Shown: positions 39,450-51,952 of the stretch, piece after piece | Position numbering within the stretch: position 1 is the first letter of the stretch | How the letters are laid out: every line of letters starts with the position of its first letter | The notes under the pieces: generated by a model | The model's input: the letters and a program-made list of their open reading frames with translations, nothing else | Told to the model about the DNA's origin: nothing | Database searches by the model: none | Translations under genes and position numbers: made by a program | DNA from: the human T2T-CHM13v2.0 reference genome, Homo sapiens | DNA length: 64,000 nt | Strand: one strand, 5' to 3' | Assembly (NCBI RefSeq): GCF_009914755.1 | Contig: NC_060928.1

Positions 39450-39759
39450 TTTTTGTTGCCAAGGGAGCCAGCTTAATCTACCAGTGAAAATAGTGAAGTT
39501 TAATTTTTTTGTTGTTCCTAAAATGGTAGGATATAGATGATATACTACATTTACATGGATGACAGACTTGTTTATTGCACAATAAAGTCAGTCCATACAA
39601 ATTAGATGCTTTGGTATTCTCTTCAGTGGTCCTATACTGTGAATGAAAAAGTTTGCACTTTCAAAGTTCAGCTGAGGAAACCTCTGATTCTGTTAGATAT
39701 TTCTGGTTACTAAGACACTATGGCTTGGTCCAATGTGTAAACATCTCAGAGTAATTCAG

Positions 39760-40470
39760 TGCAAAAGTTCTCACAGGCTGGATTAGGGGTGGAGTTTTAC
39801 AAAGCACAGTTGAATAAGGATAATAGGAAAAAAAATTTAAGGCAAAATTCAAATAAAAAAATGAAGGAGATAAACTTCAAGAGCAACATCAATGACAACA
39901 ACCTTCAGGAGTTTTATATAAGTTACAACATAAATTAGTACTGAGTGTGGCTTTCACAACAAAATGAGCTCATGTGATTTTAGAACACTTGATTAAGATG
40001 AAGCATATGAGAAGTAGGAGCTGATAAACGGTCTAACACTGATCATACCCTACTAGTTGCTTAGTGCTTATTTTTAGGCATCTCAGGTAACAAGTGACAT
40101 AACACAGTCAAAAACTAAAATAATTTTGAAGAGGAAGGAAGTCAGGATGATGAAAAAGCCATATAAAAAAAGGCTGAAGATTTCAATAATGTTTGACTTG
40201 GAGAACATAGGACTTGGGATGTTCCTAAGGTTTTATGTTAAAAATTTGAAATGTTTGAACATTTGTCATGCTTAAGAGGAATTACATTGTAGTGTTCAGG
40301 AGAGTGATCGATATTTATAGGAAGGGGGGCTTTTAATAAGTATTAGAACATCTCAGTGGGGCAGATCCAAAAATGAAGTGGAAATCCTGGAAGTAGTGAG
40401 TTCCCATCCCTAAGGGTTCTTCAGGAGAAGCTAGACTATAGTCTGGAAGGCTGTTCACTGAATCTCATGT
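39760..40470 (+). mobile_element. L3/CR1 LINE 3' region
   Basis: CAGGATGATGAAA...AGGCTGAAG...ATGTTTGACTTGGAGAA...GTAGTGAGTTCCCATCCCTAAGGGTTCTTCAGGAGAAGCTAGAC resembles the CR1/L3 3' part. Confidence 0.65.
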
Positions 40471-41279
40471 GGGGAATTTGGACATGTGAGCAACATTGTT
40501 CCAACCATATTAAATACCACCTCGTAAGCTTGTAGAGCTCTAGCAGTGCATGACACTTAGGCCCTGAGATGACAGTTGAAGGTCCATAATAGTTTGTAAA
40601 TATTCTTAATAATTTACAGTGTTTTTTAAGGAAAATTAAGTACAACGTATTTTAAGGAAAATTACCTTGGAAAACCTCATAGGAAGGAACTGATAGAAAT
40701 ATACATACCTTCTATCTCTCTAACATAGCCAGTCTTTTCTCAGTTGATGAACAGTTGACTCTTAAGAACCAGTGGAAGTAGCTGGCATACTTATAGAGTA
40801 TGTTGTATGAAAACCATGTGTTTTTTGACCCTTGAATCACATTTGGCACGGAAATCCTCAAATGCTGGAAGGAAGATGCCTGAGAGAATAGCAGATGCAT
40901 TCTTATCCTCTTGTTCGAATTTAGGGGCATACTTCCGTGGAGTGGAAAACTGGATAAAATGGTGTACACAAGTTAAGCTCCTTCTGTGTTTTTGCCTGAA
41001 CCTAGTTGAATTCCTGTATGTTAAATGAACATGAAATGACTCCACTCCTGTCTTTTTAAAGCTCTCTTATTACCTGATAGTCTTGAGTTATTTCTGCTCA
41101 TTATCTCATGGCTCTTTCTACTTCCTTCCATTGCCCTCCTTTCTTTACTTGGCAAAATTTTAAAAAAGCTGGTTCTATATCAAGAAGCTTAACTTTATTT
41201 ACATGTTGGTAATGAGGGGAGATTTGAGAAGTTTAACCTGGCTTGTTACTTAACAGGTTACTAATTACCTAACATATCT

Positions 41280-41450
41280 ACATTATTTCATTAAATTATC
41301 TAAACTTCCTCCAGAAAGAAGTATTGCTATTAATATTGTAAATTTAAGGAAACAGATGCTTAGTCAGCTTGTGTAGCAAAGACTTAAACAGAGGCAAAAT
41401 GAGATCTGTTTGACCTGAAGTTCATGCTCTTTCCATTATACACAACAGCT
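41280..41450 (-). mobile_element. MIR SINE
   Basis: CATTATTTCATTAAAT...AAGGAAACAGA...TCTGTTTGACCTGAAGTTCATGCTCTTTCCATTATAC. Confidence 0.65.
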
Positions 41451-43159
41451 TTCCTTATTTGACTTAGATCTTTTTAATAGAGGCATTTTTGGGCTGATTG
41501 CTGTAACGTTAGAGCAAATATACTCCAGTTTCTAACTTTTCTGTTCAATTTTCCAGGTTACATTACTGTGAAATGAAGTGACTGGATATTTTGCTTACAC
41601 AGCTTTGCTCAGCAATCAGTTGCTTTCTGGCCATGGCCATAAAAGGAAAATTCTTTCCACAAATAGAATCTCTGGCAAAAAAAAAAAAAAAGTATTGTCC
41701 TTTTGATGTGTTTTTACTCCTTTCTCTGCAATCCTTACATGGTAAACTGGAATAAGACAATCGTTTACAGAGAAACAGGACTTGCAAAGGAAAGATGAAA
41801 CCCTTCTGCAGCCATTAAAGAAGTTTCTGTATGTAGCCCTCATTTTGATAAAGCAGTAAACCTGACGTTTTGTTTTCCTTTTTCTTTTCCTTTCTTTTTG
41901 GTTTCCCCCCAGAACACAGAGCTGGACTTTGGTTGGGGTAACAAAAAGGAAATGAAACCTTATTCTTAAATGTGAGGTAGATCTAAGGTTCATGGTGTAG
42001 AAATGGGAAAATTGTTTTCTACACCTTTGCTTGCTACCATCTAGATGGAATTAGAGATTGTTTGCCCAGGGTGATGAGATTCAATTGGTATGTCACCTCA
42101 GGCTGTCTGTACAGGTCCATGGATCAGAGCTCTCTGTGACTTCCCAGAAATGTAAACCACAGATGGAGAATTATTGCTGGTTTGAACTTTTAGTTCTGAT
42201 TTGATTTGTTTATCCTGTGTAGAATTAGTCTCTGTATGCTAAGGGAGAAAAAGGTAAGAATGGAGGTGAGGGTCCGTCTTAGTATTTCCCACAGGCCCCC
42301 TCACAGAAATTGTTGGAATTTTAAAGAATATACTCAAATCAGTAAGAAAGTATATGTTTTGTGATGTGCTTTGTAATTATTTACAACATTTGTCCTATAC
42401 TTCAGGGCACCTAATACTCAAATCATTGTTCAGCAAGGAAGAATGAAAGCCTCTTTTAAGATGGTACATGATGTACTCACTAACTTTTGCATTCCTAACC
42501 ATCATTTTTTTCTCCTGGATCTCATCACCTAAGCTGTAGGCTCCTTGGGGGAAAGGAAGGACAAGGATTTAGACATCCGTGGATTCAACTGAGAGCCTGG
42601 CACACAGCCTTTCTCTGGGTAGGAGCCCACAGAAGGTTTGGTGATTCACTGGTGCCGCCACTTCCTTGCGAGAAAGGGGAAAACAGACATGCAGTGTGAT
42701 GTGGAATATGTCTATTTGTCCCTGTCACTCATATGGATCACCTGAGGGGAAAATAGCATTCATTTTTCATTCTGATGGTAGGGCTATTCAAAAGAGATAC
42801 TTGCATTTTATCAGAGGTGATATCCTCATTTTGAGAAACTAACATATAGTTCTGGATTAGGATGCAGTTTAAAAATTGCACGATATTTTTAATATACATT
42901 AAAATGTAGGTCTGTCAATCATGCTGGTTTTTCTATAAGAGGATGTCATAAAACCTTTCCCTAAAAGAGGCTCAAATTTGAAGCCACATTAGTTATTATT
43001 AATAGTTATTATCCATCATTACATGTCTTATAAAATCCGTCATTTTCACTACTTTTCAGTAGTCCTGTCAGAAATGTATTCTGACAGAAATAAAAATTCA
43101 TGCACTACTAACTGGGACTTCAGTTAATGATACCAACTGTTATGAATATTCACTTTTTA

Positions 43160-43372
43160 AAGCTACCCTTTCTGGCGAAATTCCTATATGCCAGGCATGG
43201 TGCTAAGTGTTTTACATACATCACCTCGTTTAATCCCTATTATAGTGCTATTTTAAAGATGAAGAAATGGTGATTTAGGTTCATTTGCATGCTAGCATCA
43301 TACAAAATGGTACAGCTGAAATTCAAGTGGTATGTCAGATTGCAAAACCCCAATTTTAAACATTACGCTGCT
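43160..43372 (-). mobile_element. MIR SINE
   Basis: TATATGCCAGGCATGGTGCTAAGTGTTTTACATACATCACCTCGTTTAATCC...AGATGAAGAAA. Confidence 0.8.
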
Positions 43373-44269
43373 GACTTAAGTTCCTTGCTGAATTGTCTCT
43401 GCCTTTTCCTGAGCACTTACGAGCAGGCGTTGTGTATGTTCTGATTTAGCTTCTCTGACAAGGAATGTTCAGTGCCTTCCATTTTATGATGTTTATTCAA
43501 AGACTTCTGTTTGTAATGGCAATTCCTTGTGCTTAATTTTTTTCTTTTTTTTCTACTTTGTATGATTTAAACAATATAATTAAATGATAAACTCTCTGAT
43601 GGAAAAAAAAATCTATGTTTATGTAAGTGTGACTGATGGAAGCCAGGACCTAATATCAAGAATTCTTGACCCCTGGAATAGGCCTGTTGTTTTAGAATCC
43701 AAGAAAACAAAAGCAATTTGTTCTTTTACTGAAGAGCCCATCCAAAGTAAAGCTGTCAGACCCTAAAGTGTTGTGATGCATCTGTATAGCCATATGCTGA
43801 CAGATGTTTCTGTATGTAACTCTAGCTTTCTGATGTACAGGGTGACTTCCATGCAAATATTTTTGTCTTTACTTGTTGAAGTTTTATCTGCAAAATAGTT
43901 CAACCATATGAAAAAGAATTAGTAAAATGAAAAGGGGTGAACTAAAAATATACTATGTCAAAAGAAAACCAAAAATGTTATCAAGCATTCTTTTTTTCAG
44001 CTGGTGATGGAGAACAACGTGTTAATCTTGGATTCCTTCTGTCAGATAGCACAGAAATACCACAAGGTAGTGTGCCAGTTCCAGGGTGGCAGCTAATCCA
44101 CTGATCACGCAGCAGCATGCCACCCCAGAAAGATAAATCTTCAGTCTCATTAGGACTTCATGTAAAAAAGAATTTTGTTAACAAGAACAAGGAAAACCTA
44201 TCAAAAATTAATTAAGATATTGTAGTTTAGCCTGTGTAAACTCAGAAAATAATTATGTTGATTTACTTT

Positions 44270-45414
44270 TTTTTAAATTGTACTTTAAGTTCTGGGATAC
44301 ATGGGCAGCACGTGCAGGTTTGTTACATAGGTATACACGTGCCATGGTGGTTTGCTGCACCCATCAACCTGCCATCTACATTAGGTATTTCTCCTAATGC
44401 TATCCCTTCCCTAAACCCCACCCACTGAAAGGCCCCAGTGTGTGATGTTCACCTCCCTGTGTCCATGTGTTCTCATTGTTCAACTCCTACTTATGAATGA
44501 GAACATGTGGTGTTAGGTTTTCTGTTCTTGTGTTAGTTTGCTGAGAAGGATGGTTTCCAGCTTCATCCATGTCCCTGCAAAGGACATGAACCCATCCTTT
44601 TTTATGGCTGCATAGTATTCCATGGTGTATATATGCCACAGTTTCTTTATCCAGTCTATCATTGATGGGCATTTGGGTTGGTTTCAAGTCTTTGCTATTG
44701 GGAACAGTGCTGTAATAAACATATGTGTCCACGTGTCTTTATAGTAGAATGATTTATAATCCTTTGGGTGTATACCCAGTAATGGGATTGCTGGGTCAAA
44801 CAGTAGTTCTGGTTCTAGATCCTTCAGGAATTGCTATACTGTCTTCCACAATGGTTGAACTAATTTACACTCCCACCAACGGTATAAAAGCGTTCCTATT
44901 TCTCCACATCCTCTCCAGCATATGTTGTTTTCTGATTTTTTAACGATCGCCATTCTAACTGGTGTGAGATGGTATTTCACTGTGGTTTTGATTTGCATTT
45001 CTCTAATGACCAGTTGTGATGAGCTTTTTTTCATATATCTGTGGCATGCATATATGTCTTATTTTGAGAAGTGTCTATTCATATCCTTCGCCCACTTTTT
45101 GAAGGGATTGTTTGTTTTTTTCTTGTAACTTTGTTTAAGTTTGTTTTAGGTTCTGTATATTAGCCCTCTGTCAAGTGGATAGAATGCAAAAATTTTCTCC
45201 CATTCTGTAGGTTGCCTGTTCACTCTGATGGTAGTTTATTTTGCTGTGCAGAAGCTCTTTAGTATAATTAGATCCCATTTGTCAATTTTGGGTTTTGTTG
45301 GCATTGCTTTTGGTGTTTTTGTCATGAAGTCTTTGCCCATGCCTATGTCCTGAATGGTATTGCCTAGGTTTTCTTCCAGGGATTTTATGCTTTTAGGTCT
45401 TATGTAAGTCTTTA
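44270..45414 (-). mobile_element. L1PA7-like LINE-1, 5'-truncated (about 1.15 kb)
   Basis: Antisense 3' UTR and disrupted ORF2 end (ORF 44834-45034 IREMQIKTT...[11 protein letters not shown]); 10-bp TSD GATTTACTTT (44260-44269 / 45415-45424); TT|AAAG endonuclease site on the minus strand. Confidence 0.96.
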
Positions 45415-46164
45415 GATTTACTTTAAAAATAAAAAAAGAAGAAAGGAATTTTTAAAAAGAAGTTTAAAACTAGAATGTCTCATTTGGAAATTTTTGTATT
45501 TGTTATCTCATCTTATTTTATTCAAGACAGGTAAATGTTCCTCCTAACCATAGAAGGCTTCTATGGAGCTGCAGCTTTAAAGACTATCTTTGACAAAGAC
45601 TGCTCTCTAGATGTGTTATTGCCTCCAGGAAGTGCGAAAATAGCACCAATTGGTTTCCCTGTTGCACCCACAGAAAGATCACATTTTGGCATCACTTGGA
45701 AGCCATTGTTTGCAGAAGGCAAAGCTGTCAGTGACTCATTTATTCTCACCTCTTGTCTAATGCTTTGCTTCAAGCACAGTCTTGGCTATGCCTCAGATTG
45801 ATCTTCAAGCTCCTTTTTGTTTTTCTTAGAGGTCCACATCTAGTTATTACCACTGGATTTTGCACATTGCGGCACCTGTAAACATCTTCTATGCCCCAAA
45901 TTCTGAGGTTTACTCCCTTTTATGTGCAATACTTAGCAGTTGTTTGGATGTTCTCTTGTCATTTATTTTATTTGGCTCTTCTGTGAGGTTTGCGCTGATG
46001 GCAAATGTTGTTTGAGTTTGGATTAAGGTGCTTGTGAACTTTACATTGGTGATGCCCTTCTTCATTTGTTTTTAAAAATTTCATAGAGGAAACATAATAT
46101 GACACCTACAGGGACTTCAAGTTCTAGAGATGATGAGAAATTTGATTTTATGCTTATTAGTTAC

Positions 46165-46592
46165 TGTGGTTAATGTAATTGTAGCTGACATAATATAAAA
46201 TCATTCCAAGGACTTACCCCCAGAGTTTACTTTTCTCTTGCATAGAGACCAGTTAGCAGAGGATGGGTAGGGAGCATAGGGTTTTGCTCCATGTATCTGT
46301 TCAGTGTTCAGACTTTTTTCATCTTGTGGCTCCATGACCTGTAGGACCTCTGAACCAACTGCTAGATCCTGTGCATCCAGCCTGAAGAAGGCACACTGCT
46401 TTCTTAGTCACTTTGCCCATTTTGCTTCCAATAATATTCTGTTGGTGAGCACAAGTCACTTGGGTCTGACTAAGCCAATGGGGGCAGGGAAAAGTAGCCT
46501 CTGACAGGGCAGCCACTTCCCGAATACAAGTCTACCAAAAACAAAACAAAAATAAAAACAAAGTGTCGATGATCAGCTGGTAACCTCTGCTA
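46165..46592 (-). mobile_element. old MaLR LTR, MLT1K-like
   Basis: TTCATCTTGTGGCTCC...GCATCCAGC...ATTCTGTTGGTGAGCACAAGTCAC...GGGCAGCCACTTCCC...CCTCTGC. Confidence 0.65.
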
Positions 46593-46649
46593 ACTGTTCA
46601 AAATGAGTAACTTAGTGCTAATCTCTGCCTCTAAATACCCTGAATTCAT

Positions 46650-47106
46650 TGTATTTCTTTCTTAGGCCTGTCATAAAAAAGTGATACAAAACGGGTGGCA
46701 CAAAATAATAGAAATATAGGATTTCACAGTTCTGAAGTCAGAAGTCTGAAATCAAGGTGTCAGCAGAGCCATGGTCACTCTGAGACTCTGGTAGCAACCT
46801 TCGTCACCCCATCCTTGCTGATGGTGGTGACCCATCAATCCTTGGCACTCATTGGTTTGCAGCTGCATTGCTCCAAAGCCTGCCTCCATCATCTTATGGC
46901 ATCATTCTCTCTTTGCATTTTTGTCCTTACATGGTGTTTTCATTTTCTTCGGACACTAGTCATATTGGATTAGGGTCTACATCAGTAAATCTCCTCTGGC
47001 CTTTATTACATCTGCATATTTTTTCAAATGAGGTCACATTTATAGTTATCAGGGGTTAAGACTTCAACATATCTTTTGGGAGAAGGAAACAATTTAGCCC
47101 ATAACA
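46650..47106 (-). mobile_element. MaLR solo LTR, MLT1C-like
   Basis: TGTATT...CACAGTTCTGAAGTCAGAAGTCTGAAATCAAGGTGTCAGCAG...AGTCATATTGGATTAGGG...GGGGTTAAGACTTCAACATAT...CCCATAACA. Confidence 0.88.
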
Positions 47107-47249
47107 GATAAATTGGGTTCCTCTGTTTTGTTTTTTAAGTTCCTTACCAATTACTGCTTATTAATAGATTAAATATAAAACGAAGCAACTATAATCATAT
47201 CAGAATTCTTTTAATTTCTACCAAGATGTTATTTAGGGACAACTTAGAC

Positions 47250-47471
47250 CAGGGATCAGAAAACTTTTTCTGTAAGGATCCAGAGAGATACTTTTGGCTT
47301 TGTGGGCCATACTATCTGTCACAGTTTCTCAACTGTGCCATTACAGCATGAAAGCAGTCATAGGCAATAGTCAATGAGTGAGCATGGCTCTGTTCCAATA
47401 AAAGTTTTATTTTATTGAATTTCATACATTTTATTGAATTTGACCTGTGGGCTGTGGTATTTTCAGCCCTG
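47250..47471. mobile_element. MER58 (A/B) hAT-Charlie fossil
   Basis: CAGGGATCAGAAAACTTTTTCTGTAA...GGCTTTGTGGGCCATA...TGTTCCAATAAAA...CCCTG; partial 8-bp TSD ACTTAGAC/TGCTAGAC. Confidence 0.88.
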
Positions 47472-47514
47472 TGCTAGACTATGTTCCATTATAACCTGGA
47501 TGTGAATATTGTGA

Positions 47515-47700
47515 AATGAACCTTGGGATTGGATTCAGGCATAAGTAAATTCAAATTTTGACCATCATTGGGTAGCTGTGATCTCGAATGGCTTAACCTC
47601 TGTAAGTTTCAATCCCTCATCAATAAAATGAGGACAATTCCTATAAATCATCCACACAACGCCTAGCTCATTGTAGGCATTCATATGTAGTTTTTTACAT
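47515..47700 (+). mobile_element. MIR SINE
   Basis: TAGCTGTGATCTCG...CTTAACCTCTGTAAGTTTCAATCCCTCATCAATAAAATGAGG. Confidence 0.7.
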
Positions 47701-47714
47701 AGCACTTCCTTTGC

Positions 47715-47940
47715 AGAGGCAGTGTAACAAATTAGACGAGAACAGTATCTCCTTCTGATGTTTGATCTTGGGCATGTTCCTTAATATCACTGTGCTTCAT
47801 TTTTTCTCATCATTTAAATAGACATTATAATAGTGACTACCTTTTAGCTTGCTTATGAGGATTCAGTAAGTTAATACATGTCAAGAATCAGACCAGTTCC
47901 TGGCACTGTGTAAGCACTCAGTAAATGATAGCTAGTCACA
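47715..47940 (+). mobile_element. MIR SINE
   Basis: GATCTTGGGCATG...ATGAGGATT...GTTAATACATGT...CCTGGCAC...TAAGCACTCAGTAAATG. Confidence 0.8.
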
Positions 47941-48993
47941 TTGACCATTATTGTTATAATTGGCTTCCCTTATTACTCAGCAAAAGGAATTACTGAATTT
48001 TATTTTTGCTGAATTTATGTCAAAGAGTGAACTAAATGAATACACCATGATTATTCAGGCCTGAGTGTTCTTTTTGTGATTTATCAGTTTGATTAAGATG
48101 AAAGAACAGTTTCTCTTTTATTATGTATACTACTTCTGCTCAACTGGGGAGAACAATGGCATAAAACTGTGAAGGCAACCACTAAGTCCTCTAGCCACAC
48201 TATACCTGAAGTCCCACCCATGTTACAATAAGAATTTTAAGGAAAATTGATTCAATGAATACAATTATGCTTTAGAGCTAACTTTGGTATAAAATATTTA
48301 TGTATTATATCTGGGGATTCTGATGTCATTAGGCAAATATATAAAATTGGATACAATTTAATCATGTATAATTGAGAACTTTTTATGGAGATATGGCAGA
48401 GAAAAACCTCTTGGCTACCCAATGTTATGTTAAAATTTAATACAAATTTAATTTGAGATCTATATACAAATTTAATTTGAGATCTATATGTATTTCTAAA
48501 TAATGAGAAATTTTGCAGAGAATTACAATGATCATCTAGCTAGTTTCTCACTTTTCTTAAATTAAGAGGGAGTGTAGGTCATTTTCCAGGAATATGATTT
48601 GATGGTTTTGCAGTCTGATATTCATGGGGTCATGAGATTCAGGTCAAAACTGAGTATTTTGCTGGGTATTTTTACTTCTATATGTTGAATATGGCATGCA
48701 ATATGCCCCATGTTCGTAATGCAAATACCACCTGACACTAATTTGGATAAATTCAAATCCATAGAAATACAGTTTTGTGGGTTTGTTGCTTAATTATATT
48801 TGGAGGCTTTTATTTATTTTTATTTATTTATTTGTTTATTTATTTATAATTTAAGGACTAAAAGTCTGAATTTAATTTAAGGATCAAAAGTCTAAATAAC
48901 CCTAACAGTATTTGAAAGCTCTTTACAATGTAATGGCTCAGAAAGTTCCTAGTTGTTTCAGTTGGGCTATGTTAATTTTTAAATAGTGAAATT

Positions 48994-49684
48994 GAATGGC
49001 AATCATTAAAAAGTCAGGAAACAACAGGTGCTGGAGAGGATGTGGAGAAATAGGAACACTTTTACACTGTTGGTGGGACTGTAAACTAGTTCGACCATTG
49101 TGGAAGTCAGTGTGGCAATTCCTCAGGGATCTAGAACTAGAAATACCATTTGACCCAGCCATCCCATTACTGGGTATATACCCAAAGGACTATAAATCAT
49201 GCTGCTATAAAGACACATGCACACGTATGTTTATTGCGGCACTATTCACAATAGCAAAGACTTGGAACCAACCCAAACGTCCAACAATGATAGACTGGAT
49301 TAAGAAAATGTGGCACATATACACCATGGAATACTATGCAGCCATAAAAAATGATGAGTTCATGTCCAATTTCATGGATGAAATTGGAAATCATCCTTCT
49401 CAGTAAACTATTGCAAGGACAAAAAAGCAAACACTGCATGTTCTCACTCATAGGTGGGAATTGAACAATGAGAACACATGGACACAGGAAGGGGAACAAC
49501 ACACTCTGGGGACTGTTGTGGGGTGGGGGGTGGAGGGAGGGATAGCCTTAGGAGATATACCTAATGCTAAATGACGAGTTAATGGCTGCAGCACACCAGC
49601 ATGGCACATGTATACATATGTAACTAACCTGCACATTGTGCACATGTACCCTAAAACTTAAAGTATAATAATAATAAAATAAAA
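48994..49684 (+). mobile_element. L1PA3-like LINE-1, 5'-truncated (about 0.69 kb)
   Basis: ORF2 end ([31 protein letters not shown]...), 3' UTR and A tail; perfect 16-bp TSD AAATAGTGAAATTGAA (48981-48996 / 49685-49700) after TTTTT. Confidence 0.97.
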
Positions 49685-49994
49685 AAATAGTGAAATTGAA
49701 AAAAAAAAAGATAGCATTATTATTCATTTTATTTAGAGATGTTGTGAATTTTAAACTATCTTCTCCTCATTTTCTACCATACCAGAGACCATTACTTAAC
49801 TACCTCTGTCTCATTAAAGTATTTAATATTTACTCTTCAGCAAGACTGTTGGAGCTTTTATTATTATTATTTATTATTCTTATTTTTACTGTGGCTCCTG
49901 AATATATACTGGCGCTTATGCTAACTCTCAGACTTGGTGTGTCTTACAAATTCTCCCACCTTCACCCATTTATTGTTACAGTCCTTATTTCCTC

Positions 49995-50550
49995 ACATCA
50001 TCGTATTTTCAAGTTGGCTAAGACCTTAGAGACTGTATTAGTTTGCTAGCACTGTTATAACAAAATACTACACACCTAAACAACATGAATTTATTTTCTC
50101 ACAGTCTGGAGGCTAGAAATCCAAAATCAAGGTGGTTGCACCGTTGATTCCTTCAGGAAGGAGCTGTTCCGAACCTCTCTTCTTGGTTTGTTTGGCCATC
50201 GTCGTGTTCACATCTTGTTCTCCCTTGTATGCACATCTCTGTGTCCAAATTCCCCCCTTCTTAAGGACTCTAGTAATATTGAATTAGGGCGTGGCCTAAT
50301 GAACCAGCTCACTTTACATTGATTACCTCTGAACAGACCCTATCTCCAAATAAGATCACATTCTGAGGTAGTAGGGGTTAAGACTTTCACGTATGGATTT
50401 TGGGGAGACACAATTCAATCCATAACAGAGACTGACTTGAAATCCATCTCTTTAATGTTAGAGCTTAGAAATGAGAGATTCTAAGAGAATAGTCCAAGTT
50501 TACGTAGTCCGTTTGTGTCAGAATCAGAACAAGAATCCTAAAATTTTCAA
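49995..50550 (-). mobile_element. MIR3-like SINE interrupted by MLT1B
   Basis: AAGTTGGCTAAGACCTTAGAGAC resumes after the LTR with ...TCCAAGTTTAC...GTGTCAGAATCAGAACAAGAATCC. Confidence 0.6.
50034..50427 (-). mobile_element. MaLR solo LTR, MLT1B-like
   Basis: TGTATTAGTTTGCTAG...CCCTATCTCCAAATAAGATCACATTCTGAGGTA...CAATTCAATCCATAACA; perfect 5-bp TSD GAGAC (50029-50033 / 50428-50432). Confidence 0.92.
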
Positions 50551-51701
50551 ACACTTTCAAGAGTATTTAGTTACCTCCCTCTCTCTAGATTAATGCATCA
50601 GTGCATTCTACCTAAATAGACTGAAAGCTTCTCAGCCCTGGACTCACTTGGGTCATGTTAGAATTCATGTGGTAGTGATTTAAGGTCATCTGATTCCGTA
50701 TTTGCTTTGTTGGGTCTTAGCTTAAGGTTCTTAGTTAAATAAGTGAACATTATTCATCCAATTTTCTATGAATCTTCTGCACATAGTTACCATTTATTCA
50801 CTTAGCAAAGATTTATTAAGAAGTCCTGATGTTGGCTCGACATTAGGCTATTAATTTCAACAGGATCTGTGAACGTTTTCTTCTGTCATGTGAGATAGAG
50901 TGAAAATTAAATTCACTGGTTTTAAGTAGTATGCTGTTAAAAAGTTATGTAAGTAGTTTCTGAGGTCATGTTGGTCTCCAAGGAGTATTTGTTAACTGTA
51001 ACCAAGTAGATCTGTAATATGTCTAAGTACTGATGGTGTTCTGTAATATCAGTAAAGCATTAGTCATATGAAATCTGAATCAGCATTTTTCCTCCACCTA
51101 ATTCCTGGCCACTCACATGTTTGTCAGCTAGAGAAGGTAACAGGCTGCAATATGCATTAAGATCAACCTATAGTGTTAATATTCTTACCTGTTGTCATCT
51201 AGTGAATAGGAAAACATATCAGAATGGAAATTATGTACAGGCAAAGTTTTAGTAAACATATATGAAGTAAGTGATATTAAATGTGTATTTATTTGGGGCT
51301 TAACGTACATAAAATGTGAGAAGTTAAAATGACTGTTCTTGTGATATTACATTTTTATACTTAAGATCAAGAAAAGTTTTCAAGTAAAAACACTGTAAAA
51401 ATTTTTAAATAAATTGATATTGGTAGTAAAAAACAATAAAAACATTTGTGTAGGTGGTAATAGTACAGATGCATTCATTATACGTGATTCATTTGGAAGG
51501 ATACTTTGTTATAATACTGTACATTTGTATTATAATATCACATGCAAGTTTTATGGTGTGTTTATTAAGACTTTTAGTTTAAAAATACTTTAGACCTCAG
51601 GGAATGGGTATTTAATATGTGAAATATTATAAGATCATTAGGAAGTGAAGCAAAGGTACATAAGGTGGAGATGTGAGTCATTTACCTGTAACAAATAATT
51701 T

Positions 51702-51952
51702 GTTTTATTATTATTATCATTACTATTATTTTTTACTTTAAGTTCTGGAATACATATGCAGAATGTCCAGGTTTGCTACATAGGTATACATGTGCCATGG
51801 TGGTTTGCTGTACCTGTCAATCTGTCATCTAGGTTTTAAGCCCTGCATGCATTAGGTATTTGTCCTAATGCTCTCTGTCCCCTTTCTACCCACTCCCAGA
51901 CAGGCCCCGGTGTGTGATGTTCCCCTCCCTGTGTCCATGTGTTCTCATCGTT
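51702..51952 (-). mobile_element. L1PA8-like LINE-1 3' end (about 250 bp)
   Basis: TACTTTAAGTTCTGG...CTAGGTTTTAAGCCCTGCATGCATTAGGTATTTGTCCTAATGCTCTC; TSD AATAATTT (51694-51701 / 51959-51966). Confidence 0.93.

Noticed and set aside
43065-43087. 9-bp inverted repeat CTGTCAGAA/TTCTGACAG
   Set aside because: Short enough to expect by chance in 64 kb
45505-45536. AG|GTAAAT as a recursive splice site
   Set aside because: Weak pyrimidine tract with an upstream AG and a non-optimal donor; such motifs are common
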